From Porphyridium purpureum (Eukaryota): a stretch of DNA of 64,000 nt. The notes under the pieces were generated by a model. That model was not told the origin of the DNA. It saw only the letters and a program-made list of their open reading frames with translations, and searched no databases. The first letter of the stretch is position 1. Every line of letters starts with the position of its first letter. Shown here piece after piece: positions 52,738 to 62,414 of the stretch. A program made the translations under genes and the position numbers. The DNA lies in assembly GCA_008690995.1 (NCBI GenBank), contig VRMN01000001.1, positions 1,240,001 to 1,304,000 on the forward strand, read 5' to 3'.

Positions 52738-54294
52738 ATGGAGCTAGGCACGCAAATCGTAGAGGCATGGAGGAATGGTGCGCGCGCGGGCTTGCCCCAA
52801 GATGGAGCAGTGGGCGTGCCTGAGTTTGACCGCAGCAGATGCGATGTCGGCATTGTCCATCTGGGCGTGGGCGGGTTTGTGCGAGCCCATCTGGCCCTCT
52901 ACACGCAGCGCCTGCTCGAAAAACAGTTCAGAGAGGCATGTTCGGCCGCGGTTCAGCTCCAGTGGGGCATCTGCGGCGTTGGCGTGCTACCGACAGACAG
53001 GGATCTTGTCCAGCGTCTTCAAAGCCAGGACAACCTGTATTCAATCCTCGAAAAGGGCGGCGCTGCCGGCGGCGAAGCAGTCAGGCTTAGGATTGTCGGA
53101 TCCATACTTGAGACGCTCCTTTTATGCGAAGAACAGGACCGCAAACGTGTCTTTGAGCGAATGGTCTCACCGAAAACGCACATCGTGTCTCTTACTATCA
53201 CGGAGAAAGGTTACATGCTCGACGGCGCTCGCCAGCTGCTGCATGTGGAGCAGGACCCGGAGCGCCCGGTCACCGCGATCGGGGTCATTGTGCTCGCACT
53301 TGAGATGAGAAGACGAAAGAATATCAAACCTTTCACTGTCCTTTCCTGCGATAATATTCCTTGCAATGGTACGTTTGTGCGTAGCGCTGTCATGCAGATG
53401 GGTGCCCGGTCCTTCGGCGCCGAATTCTCAGAGTATGTCGCTCAGCTTGGCCGCTTTCCATCCTCGATGGTGGATGGAATAACACCAATTGCGTACCCGG
53501 CGGATCGTGATATTATCCTGGAGCGATTTCGGATTGCAGACAAGTGCCCGACGGTATGCGAATCCTGGCGCCAATTTGTCATTCAGGACGCGTTCGTGGA
53601 TGGCGAGCGGCCCGAGTGGGATCTTCTTCAGGAACAGCCGGTTGAGTGGGTTTCCAGCGAGGCTGAAATCATGCGCTTCGAGAATATCAAAATTTCGTTG
53701 CTCAATGTTCCTCATTCGGCCCTGTCATACGCAGGTCGCTTACTCGGGCTCACGTACATTCATGAGGCCATGGGGAATCCGTACATACACAAGTATATCC
53801 GCGACCTCATGGACATCGAAATCACTCCTTACCTGACCTTTAAAAACAAGCCGTTGCCTCTGGATCTCGAAGAGTACAAAGCGACGCTCAGGCAACGCTT
53901 TGCGAATCCTCATACTAGAGACTCGCTCGAAAGGGTCAGTCAGGATGGCTCGACCAAGTATGCAAATCAGTTGATTCCTATAGTGCGAACATATGCCACG
54001 AAAGGCACCGAGAGTCCGCCGATCAAGCGACTGGCTTGCGCGGTGGCGGCGTGGGCGGTCTCGCTCCTTGGCAAGGATGAGACTGGCCGGACGTTCGAGG
54101 TATTCGATGGGCGTCTCGATACATTACGCTCTGTGCTCGAAGCGTCCGGGATCGAAGGACTTTGCGACGATGCCAGTCTGTTTGGGACAAACGCCCACGA
54201 CCTGGCAGACTTTCGCAGACATGTTGTTGCGATCTACTCAAGCCTGCTATCAGTCGGGGTCGAACGCACTCTATCCAGCCTGGACTCTGCCTGA
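52738..54294 (+). CDS. Mannitol 2-dehydrogenase family (long-chain polyol dehydrogenase)
   Basis: IVHLGVGGFVRAH, WGICGVG, VSLTITEKGY, LSCDN, FPSSMVD.ITP and RFANP...DGSTK. Confidence 0.92.
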   Translation: MELGTQIVEAWRNGARAGLPQDGAVGVPEFDRSRCDVGIVHLGVGGFVRAHLALYTQRLLEKQFREACSAAVQLQWGICGVGVLPTDRDLVQRLQSQDNLYSILEKGGAAGGEAVRLRIVGSILETLLLCEEQDRKRVFERMVSPKTHIVSLTITEKGYMLDGARQLLHVEQDPERPVTAIGVIVLALEMRRRKNIKPFTVLSCDNIPCNGTFVRSAVMQMGARSFGAEFSEYVAQLGRFPSSMVDGITPIAYPADRDIILERFRIADKCPTVCESWRQFVIQDAFVDGERPEWDLLQEQPVEWVSSEAEIMRFENIKISLLNVPHSALSYAGRLLGLTYIHEAMGNPYIHKYIRDLMDIEITPYLTFKNKPLPLDLEEYKATLRQRFANPHTRDSLERVSQDGSTKYANQLIPIVRTYATKGTESPPIKRLACAVAAWAVSLLGKDETGRTFEVFDGRLDTLRSVLEASGIEGLCDDASLFGTNAHDLADFRRHVVAIYSSLLSVGVERTLSSLDSA

Positions 54295-54533
54295 GGCTGA
54301 TTCGGCCCTATTTGCCTGAGAGGGGGACAGGGGCATCCGCCTCCCCTGTCGTCGTCGAGAGCTGATATGGGCTCAGGCAAAGTATTCAGATACCATCAAT
54401 ACACTGCATTCGACTGTTCACCTGATACCCAGCGAAAAGTAGTACTTGAGCGTTCACGCCAAAGCTTCAATTTTGTACACATGGAAACGGCAAGTGTGAT
54501 CATGGTGGCATAAGCCACGATTCCGTAATTTAC

Positions 54534-56042
54534 TTAGGCGGAAAGGCTTTTCGATTCGATGTAGCTGTGAATGTCAAAGTAAGACGGTGTACCGTACAGG
54601 TCACCTGCGATCGAGACAGACGGCTTGCTCTTCAGCATACGCGAAGCGACGCGCTCTAAATCTCCTGCAGTGACCTTTTTGATTAGCCCAGCCAGTTTGT
54701 CCGCCGATTCGTACACTCCAGAAGCAAGGACCTGGCGGCCCATATCTTCGCACATGACCCCGCGACTCTCCAAGTTCATGCGGAGTGAGCTGATTGTCAT
54801 GCTTTTGGCTCTTTCTATGCTGGTTTTATCCAGCTTTTGGGCCATGTTGACACACTCGGTCGCAACCAGCTCAATTAGCTGTGGGAGCGTGCCTGGCTCC
54901 GAGCTAGCACAGATGCCAAACAAGCCACTGTCCATGTAAATGTTGTTCATCGAGACCGTGTTAACCACCCAGTCGTTACGCGCCAGAACATCCGTGTAAA
55001 GCTTCGTGTACATTCCTTTCCCGGGGCCACCGGAAGAGAAAGAACCACCGCCTCCAAGAAGGGTCTGGAGAACACACGCCGGTATCAGGTCCTCGTCCTT
55101 ATAGTGAACGCCTTCAAACCCGATCGCGCACGCCACCATGCCGTCAAGCGACACACGCTTCTCGCCTCCCGTGTACTTTGTCGTCGATACGATAGTCTCT
55201 TTCGATCTTGGAAGAGCGCCCAAGTATTCGCTCGCCAGTTGCTCGAGCTCAGAATGAGAAATGTTCACGCCAGATACGGTGATTCGATCACCCACAGCAA
55301 TCGACGCGGCATAATCGGCAATAACAAAGGGTGACATTTTTTGCACCGCTTCAGCAGTTGGGAAACAGGGCAGCCCGAACGAATTGCCCTCGAACGCTGC
55401 TTGATGGAGGCTTTCGTTCATGAGCGCATTCGCATCTTTCTCGATAATTTTCCAATTGTGTTCCACAGCGGTCGCGAGGCCCTTGATTTCTGCCACGAGC
55501 TGATCGACATATCCTGGACCCTTGTAGCAGTTCCCAAAAACCGGTTTTGTCGCGGCCTCGGCGAGGATCCGCATCATGTGCGGCGTGTCGCGACGCATGC
55601 CTTCTGAAGCGTACATAAGCACCTCGCGGTGAGCAGACGCGCCAAAGTGCGCACCTAGCGCTTCCATTTCCCTCTGCATCAGAACTTTGGAGCGCTCAGT
55701 GGATCCCTTAAACGCAAAGTTTTCGAGCAGAAACGTCGCACCTGAGGTTTGCGGCGTTTCGTAGCGGGATCCGGCATTCAAAAACAGCCCCAATGAACTG
55801 ACGTGCTGCCCCGGAACGTCGCACGACACGACCCTGACACCATTGGGCAGCGACGAGATGTTCAGCCCGCCCGACGCTGCCATTGCCACGTGCGTCGGCG
55901 CCCCGGCAGGCAAGTTCACAAACTCGGGCACAGGGACGCCCGGCATCGCGTTCTTCATCGAGACCTCGAAATCAAAGGCGCCATGAATCATGCGCCATGC
56001 CAACGACGCCATCCCGCGGCGTCCTCGAACCACCCCCGCCAT
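54534..56042 (-). CDS. MPPA: Mitochondrial processing peptidase alpha subunit (M16 family)
   Basis: LPNGVRV, AGSRYE, LLENFAFKGS and the glycine-rich loop GGGGSFSSGGPGKGMY diagnostic of alpha-MPP; Arg-rich presequence. Confidence 0.93.
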   Translation of the reverse strand: MAGVVRGRRGMASLAWRMIHGAFDFEVSMKNAMPGVPVPEFVNLPAGAPTHVAMAASGGLNISSLPNGVRVVSCDVPGQHVSSLGLFLNAGSRYETPQTSGATFLLENFAFKGSTERSKVLMQREMEALGAHFGASAHREVLMYASEGMRRDTPHMMRILAEAATKPVFGNCYKGPGYVDQLVAEIKGLATAVEHNWKIIEKDANALMNESLHQAAFEGNSFGLPCFPTAEAVQKMSPFVIADYAASIAVGDRITVSGVNISHSELEQLASEYLGALPRSKETIVSTTKYTGGEKRVSLDGMVACAIGFEGVHYKDEDLIPACVLQTLLGGGGSFSSGGPGKGMYTKLYTDVLARNDWVVNTVSMNNIYMDSGLFGICASSEPGTLPQLIELVATECVNMAQKLDKTSIERAKSMTISSLRMNLESRGVMCEDMGRQVLASGVYESADKLAGLIKKVTAGDLERVASRMLKSKPSVSIAGDLYGTPSYFDIHSYIESKSLSA

Positions 56043-57269
56043 CGCGATCCGCTTCCCCTTCGCAAACCTTCGTCCCCTCCTTCTTCCCCTTCCCTCTGAC
56101 TTCCCCACGTCCGCCTCCGCTAAAAAACTGCTCGCCAAGCACTCCCCCTGTCCCACTGTACTAAGAAGTACACCGTCCGCCTCGATGCAGCGAAGGTGCA
56201 GCCCAGAACAGACAAGAGACGGTCGACTTTTCAACTCGCGACGGGAACGAAGTATCCGAGGGCGCCAGCAGCTCGGGTTGGGCCAAGACTAGCATCGCAC
56301 GCTGCAGAAGCGGCACGCTCCATCGCGTGGTGGGATGACGTACTTGGCGCCTGACTCCGTGCTACTCTGGTGCTTATGCTAAAGCTCGGAGGACGCGATT
56401 GCGGAGCAGCCGGTCTCCGCTAGAACGAATTCAGCAGGTCAGTTGGTGCATTAAATCTTTACAGCTCTCTCGCAGATGGCCGAGTTGCGGGAGCCACTCC
56501 CCACCGGAATTGCATCTCTCGACGATTTCGTATGGAACACGACAAACCAAACGTGGTTGCTCTGGTCTACAGCACATGATCCTCTTCAAGTCACACACAA
56601 GCCCACTTGCATTGGGTCCATTGGCAAAAATCAAACTACAAATGAAGGCAGATTCCAAGATGCCCTTCACGCGAAAAGGTGGCGCGGTTTGAGCGAAGGC
56701 AGGCGCCCAACGGTCGTGCGATACCGCGAGGTCGCGGAATAGTGGCATACACGGAAGTTCGGTCACTAAAAGCTACAGCAAAGATGCTATTCTTCGTGTT
56801 CTCGAACACCTTTATAAAGCGCAAGGACGTGCAAGAAAAGCCCCCAGACAATGCTCCCACCCCAGACCAGAACCGAACATGCCAAATAATCTCTAATCGG
56901 CATGTCGAGTCTGCGCTGTTTTCCTAACAAAGTGAGCGAGCGCACTTCATAAATGCGTGCATGCGTTTTCTCATTCGCCTAGATTTTTAGACCGCACTGC
57001 ACAAAGACCTCGACAAAGCTCAGCCCACAGGCATGTGATGCTTGTTTTGCCAGACAATAACCTAGCCGCGCGTGCCGACAGCTATTCTAACAAATGCGAA
57101 GCAGGACAAGCATGCCAAAGTGCTCCCTCTAAACGCGCACGCCGTTTTGTGTCCCTTCAAGGATCAACCGCTCCAAGCATCGGCACCCTTGCCGGCAGTC
57201 ATCGATCAACTGGGAGCTCAGCTCACAGACCACATCACGCATCGACTCTTGCCTTTCCAAACACTTAAG

Positions 57270-57290
57270 ACACACACACACACACACACA
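57270..57290. repeat. (CA)n microsatellite
   Basis: Seen directly. Confidence 0.9.
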
Positions 57291-58047
57291 ACGTTCTGTC
57301 ACATACACGCGAAACAGAGGCACATTTGAATTGAATCGGCGACGAATCATTCGACGGAAAGCTGCTTCGTGTCTCATCCCATGACCCACAATCGCACTCA
57401 GAAGCCAGACCACCAAAACAAGCGCCACACGACGCAGCCCGCCTTTCAATCATGTGGAAGAAGATTTCACCAAAACACAGAACGCCCCTTTTTCCCAATC
57501 TTGTCCTCTCCCCATGACCACGCAAACACATACGCACAGCCGCACACACAGACAGAAGCACAGTCTCACATCGTCCACAGTGTAGCATCTACGCCATTAG
57601 GAAGCAAACACTTGACGAGAGGTATTCCTTCTTCATAATGGAACACCCTAGTCTGTGCGGAAAAAGTTGGAGCGAGCAAAATGAGTTGTTGCGATGTGCA
57701 AGTGCGGTCGAACACCCGTAGAATCCCACCTTGCTCAGGGGAATTTCGACTCACTACCGTGATCATACAGGCGGAGACTCCTTTGCACAGAACGACCAAG
57801 CTCGCAGATTCCTTTGCGGTACCGACAACTACCTCACATGCAAGAAGATTGAACTTGTGCTTCTCCGCAGACGAGTACGAGTGCTGGTGTCTCCCATCAT
57901 GAAAACACCAACGACACTTTTGTCATGCAGAACCAGTCGCTGGTGCGCTGCTCACTTTCTCTCCACTGTCTCCATTGTGGACAGTCCTTCCTCTTCACCC
58001 GATCGCTGCCGCTCCACAGCGAAGTCGGCCCTTTTTTGTACACTGTC

Positions 58048-59836
58048 TGTGGCCTGCAAACCTGTTCCACATCTTACACTCACGCGGAGTCGCTGTCTCG
58101 ATATGACCTCCATCGGTCGGCGCTCGTTTCTACGGCGCGTCTGCTCCTCACATGCGCTTGCACAACGTGGTCGTTTATTTTTCCGGTTCCACGTCAACAC
58201 TGCGATCACGGTACTGGATAAATTATGACGATGTCATAATTGACACTGAGATTGCGACCTCCTGACCTTCGACAGTCGAAGGAGTGGCACTCTCGCTTGC
58301 GGATTCGCACGCGAGTCACCTGTCACCGGAGGGGGAATAACAATCCGTTGGGTGGTTGAGTACTGGTTCTTTTTAACCGGCGGATGCGCGAGCGAGTTTC
58401 TCCAATTCTGTGCCGAGTTCTCAAGCTACAATTTGATATGCAAAATAAAGTGTAAGCGTGCATGAGCCCTTGAATTTTTTGCATTGATTTTTAGATTCAC
58501 GGTGGCGGTGCGCGTTGGTGAGTCGCAAAGCCACACGCGACCCTCCCCCCCCACCGAGCGCTCGGAAAGAGCTTGGTTCCCCAGGCCGGTTGCTTGGTGT
58601 CTAAGAGAGGCATGCAAGTCCAGTGCTTTATTCGCTCTGATTCATGTTTTTGACGTGAATCACAAACGACCGCGGTTTCTGGGCGGATGCTGGCGTCGGA
58701 ACACAGTAATCCGAGGATTCTCGCGCCTTCGGCATCATAATTCTTGGCATTCGGACTTGCACCGGCACCCCATCGACTTCATTGCATGCGCAAGACAGCG
58801 GCACAACCAGAGTGCCACCACCGGCCCAGCGCCAGCTTTCGATCACAGGACAAGCTCCCGGCTGCATAAGAAGAACCGCTTTCTTCGGACTCGTTGCTTC
58901 GGAGAGACCGAGGCACTGGCGCAGTGGGAGGAGACAGGGCAAAGGAAGATGGAGGAAACGGAAGGAAGAATGGATACAGAAAACACGCACGATGGTTTGA
59001 ACAAGCTTCGTACTGACATCTGGGACGATCTCTTCGAGGTTACCAACGGCATCGACATGAGCGAGGTCGAGGCCTTTTGGAAGACAGAGGTACAAGTCAA
59101 CGCAGAGTTTGGTCGAGTCACACAGAAGGACGCGTCACTACCGTCTACCCTCCTGCAGAAAGGTCTCTCGGAGATGAGCTCGTCACCCCCCGCGAGCCCG
59201 ATGGTGCCGGCACCACCAATGCCAGCTCCTCACAATATATCGCAGGTGCTGCCCAAAGACGGACATCTTGACACTGTATCACTGACGCCCTCAATGGCAA
59301 CACCTCTTCATGTAGCATCCCCGGGGCTGCAGAAGAAGTCAAAGGCTCGACGCAAGTCACCGGGCGCTCAAGCCTGCTCCAAAAAGGCCGACAAGCCACG
59401 GGACACGACAAACAGCTTTGTTCAACTGCGGCTGGCCCCTCGATCGGACCGGCAGCCAAACTATGCCGACCGTAACGTGTACAAGCCGCAACCTTTGCAC
59501 GATGAAATTGATGAGCAAGAGAGCGCACAGTACAGCAAGCGCGTATTTGAGAACTGGAAGCAGCAGCTGCGCGACTTTGCCAAGATGAAGTACAATATCG
59601 ATCTTCAGCTGTGACAGGCCATTTGTGTCAAAGCCGCAAAAGATCTCACGCTTTGCGATCGTCTGAATTCGGCTGCGCAATCACATCGGCCAGAAGCTCC
59701 TTCAGTCATTGCTTCCTAAGCAGAGCGCTCCAAAACCGTGCTTCTTAGGGGGAAAAAAAGTGAATCCATTCTATTGCTTCGGACCTCGGCGCTCGTGAAA
59801 ATATCTCAGTTCACCCCGTTTCGCTCAATCGTGCGT
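58048..59836 (+). repeat. Direct duplication, copy 1
   Basis: Matches 62206-64000 at an offset of ~4160; near-identical from ~58823, diverged upstream. Confidence 0.9.
58949..59614 (+). CDS. Hypothetical protein (221 aa), paralog 1
   Basis: ORF kept intact in both duplicate copies; acidic N-terminus, Pro/Ser linker, basic patch and helical C-terminus. Confidence 0.75.
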   Translation: MEETEGRMDTENTHDGLNKLRTDIWDDLFEVTNGIDMSEVEAFWKTEVQVNAEFGRVTQKDASLPSTLLQKGLSEMSSSPPASPMVPAPPMPAPHNISQVLPKDGHLDTVSLTPSMATPLHVASPGLQKKSKARRKSPGAQACSKKADKPRDTTNSFVQLRLAPRSDRQPNYADRNVYKPQPLHDEIDEQESAQYSKRVFENWKQQLRDFAKMKYNIDLQL

Positions 59837-59950
59837 TTGGCGTGCTTGCCTCCTTCGAGCCCTCTTCCCACCAACAGTATCCTGGACGTTGCAACGACTC
59901 GATTCGGATGACTCGAGCTGTGTAAATAGCTACCGCGTGCCAGCTTCACG

Positions 59951-61582
59951 TCAAAGCGATGTCGGGACATACTCCACTTTGCCCGGTCGAGCTCCGCGCA
60001 CCCAACAGAGGACACCGCTGATCGGAAAGTGATCCGACGGATGCCACTCATTTGGCACAAACTCGCCGCGCTCGAAAATCGCCGCGCGTTCCGTCTGTGA
60101 CAGTGTGTCCGAGCACGAAATGGGCTGCAGGTGCGAGCTCACAAAAATATGGTCCAGGTTCTCTGCAAAAACGTCGGGTCTTACAATGTCTGGGGCACCG
60201 CACATTTCAAAGTCGTATCGCAAAGACCACAGCATGCCCGCCACCACCTCAGAGAAACAAAGCTCAATCAAGTCATCGGCAGAAATCGTAGTATCGATGA
60301 ATTTGTCGGACTCGCGCCCGGGACGAGTCGCTACAAGAGCATTGTAGGCACGCAGTATACCACCGCGCATATTGCCGTCGTTTACAAAGCGCACAAACGC
60401 CAGCAGCTGGTCGCTGGTCATGCGATCCCCGCCCCCCGTGTACTTCTCAAAAATGTGTCGCACGCACCGGCCAAACAGCGCCGACGGACCTTGGCTCTCT
60501 GCATCAATATAGACAGATTTCAAGTCGGGAGCTACGTACGTGGGCTGCACGCCAAACCAGTCCTCATAAATATCTGTCAGAGGTCCAAACGCGTGGTGCT
60601 TCTCCTTGGATGTGAGAGAGCCTTCCTGAAAGGGCTCTTGAAACTCGGGCGTGACGCAAGCTTCGCGTAAGAAGTGGCGCACTGCAGTATTTCCCGACGC
60701 GTTAAAGTCGCCCATGCAGCACAGCGCGAATTCTTCAAGCGCCAGCTCGTACTGGGTCATGTCCAGCTGGCTGCGCTCGTGCTTCTTCAGCGTCTGGGGA
60801 ACTTTATGCAGTTGTGCGATCATCTTCCTGGCCTCCTTCTCCGCCTGGCCAACCACGTCGGCGATCTGACGCAGTCTGGTCTGCGCATTCTCAACGCCGC
60901 TTCCGCCGGTCAAGTGGCAATTAGCCACGAACAAGTATGCGTTGGAGATGCGGTGCCTCAGTAACACCAAAAGCGTGCGGTCCTTGCACCGGGCCCCACA
61001 AAGTTCAAATTGATCCCTGCGCCAGAACGTGGCCGGCCGGAAGCGATGCTTGTTGTGCAGCACATGCTCGTACCCCGCGCTCGCCAAGAACGCAAAGTCG
61101 GCCTCGAATGTGGCGGCCGCCACTTCTTGCAGCGCGTAGATATCCGCGTCCAGCTCATGGATGCGCTTGCGTATCAGCTCATGCCGATGCTCCCACGTGC
61201 GAATCTCGCGCGGCGTCCTGGAGCCGTAGTACTTATTCACGAACCATGCCGGATTGTCCGTGGCCCCCGCCTGTCCGTTTGGCAACAGGACGTTCCAACT
61301 GCATACTTTCAGCGTCACGTCCTGCTTACCGGCTGCCATCGCCTGCGTTTCTGCACTGGCGCCAATCCGACTCGTCTTGTTCCGGCAGATCCTACTCCAG
61401 GGAAGTGGAGCAGAGCGACTTGTGCCCGCGCGGATTTTCCTTCTCCCTGCCGTCGCCGCTATCGCCGCCCCGGCCCGCCCGGCCGGAGCAACCGCACGTC
61501 TGATGAACGCGCCGGGGCCCAAGGGAGCAAACAAAGGATGGAAAGCCCGCGCACGTGCTGCGGTCACCGCAACCGAAGACAT
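59951..61582 (-). CDS. Endonuclease/exonuclease/phosphatase (CCR4/nocturnin/Angel-like) protein
   Basis: CSWNVL, DIYALQEV, ANCHL, MGDFNA, LDHIFVS and PSDHFPI; start uncertain (61339, 61582 or 62029). Confidence 0.9.
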   Translation of the reverse strand: MSSVAVTAARARAFHPLFAPLGPGAFIRRAVAPAGRAGAAIAATAGRRKIRAGTSRSAPLPWSRICRNKTSRIGASAETQAMAAGKQDVTLKVCSWNVLLPNGQAGATDNPAWFVNKYYGSRTPREIRTWEHRHELIRKRIHELDADIYALQEVAAATFEADFAFLASAGYEHVLHNKHRFRPATFWRRDQFELCGARCKDRTLLVLLRHRISNAYLFVANCHLTGGSGVENAQTRLRQIADVVGQAEKEARKMIAQLHKVPQTLKKHERSQLDMTQYELALEEFALCCMGDFNASGNTAVRHFLREACVTPEFQEPFQEGSLTSKEKHHAFGPLTDIYEDWFGVQPTYVAPDLKSVYIDAESQGPSALFGRCVRHIFEKYTGGGDRMTSDQLLAFVRFVNDGNMRGGILRAYNALVATRPGRESDKFIDTTISADDLIELCFSEVVAGMLWSLRYDFEMCGAPDIVRPDVFAENLDHIFVSSHLQPISCSDTLSQTERAAIFERGEFVPNEWHPSDHFPISGVLCWVRGARPGKVEYVPTSL

Positions 61583-62414
61583 GGAAATGCCCGAAGTCGT
61601 GCTTGTCGGCATCCGCGTCGACGAGCCGCGCGAAGAGTTTGCTCGAGTGGAGCTTCGACGCGCGCTGCTGCATGGATACAGCGCAAGCGACCTGAACGCC
61701 GCGGTTGCGTGGTTTGAGCCCGAGTCGCGTCGCGGCCAATTGATTCGAGGCACGAGCGATGCGTGGCACCGGCTGCTAGCGTTGGCAGGCAAGCAAGGGG
61801 GTGTGGTTGTGACGGCGCGTCTTGCGGCGGCATCGATAGAAGCGAAGAACGTGCCCGTCGCAGCCTCATTTGGGCCACGCGGCGAGAGCACGGACGTTGC
61901 ACAAATACTGAAGGAGGCTGCAAGACTAAGAGGCGCCCTCGAGTATGAGCGCAATGCTTGTGTACAGTCGCGTCTGTGCACGTGCCGCGTGCTACTGAGC
62001 AGAGAACACAGCCATCGGTATGCGAGCATGGCTCAGGCGCTCATCCATGTAACATGCGTGGCGGGACGTGCCACCAAGCCAGGAGTGAACTGTGCCGGAA
62101 TGACGCCGGAAAGGGCAGAGATGAGCTGTGTCTGCTCAGCATTCATTCCGATTGAAGAGAGCGTCAACAGTACTTACAACGCTTGTGCTAGAAAATACTG
62201 GTCTGTGTGGTCTTTAAACCTGCTCCACTTCTATCCAACCCGCTCCCTTCGTGTGCCTCGAAAAGACCCCTATCGGTCGGCGCGCGTTTCTACGGCGCAT
62301 CGGTGCCCCCACGTGCGCATAACCACCAGGTGGTTTACCAGAACGGGTTCTGTCGAGCAGGGTCACGATTGCACTGGACGAATCATTAAAACATCACATG
62401 TGAAGCAGGGTTGA
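61581..62414 (+). CDS. Possible hypothetical protein or gene remnant divergent from the EEP gene
   Basis: 277-aa ORF from ATG 61581 with a globular-looking N-terminus (EVVLVGIRVDEPREEFARVELRRALL); no family confirmed. Confidence 0.3.
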   Translation: MEMPEVVLVGIRVDEPREEFARVELRRALLHGYSASDLNAAVAWFEPESRRGQLIRGTSDAWHRLLALAGKQGGVVVTARLAAASIEAKNVPVAASFGPRGESTDVAQILKEAARLRGALEYERNACVQSRLCTCRVLLSREHSHRYASMAQALIHVTCVAGRATKPGVNCAGMTPERAEMSCVCSAFIPIEESVNSTYNACARKYWSVWSLNLLHFYPTRSLRVPRKDPYRSARVSTAHRCPHVRITTRWFTRTGSVEQGHDCTGRIIKTSHVKQG

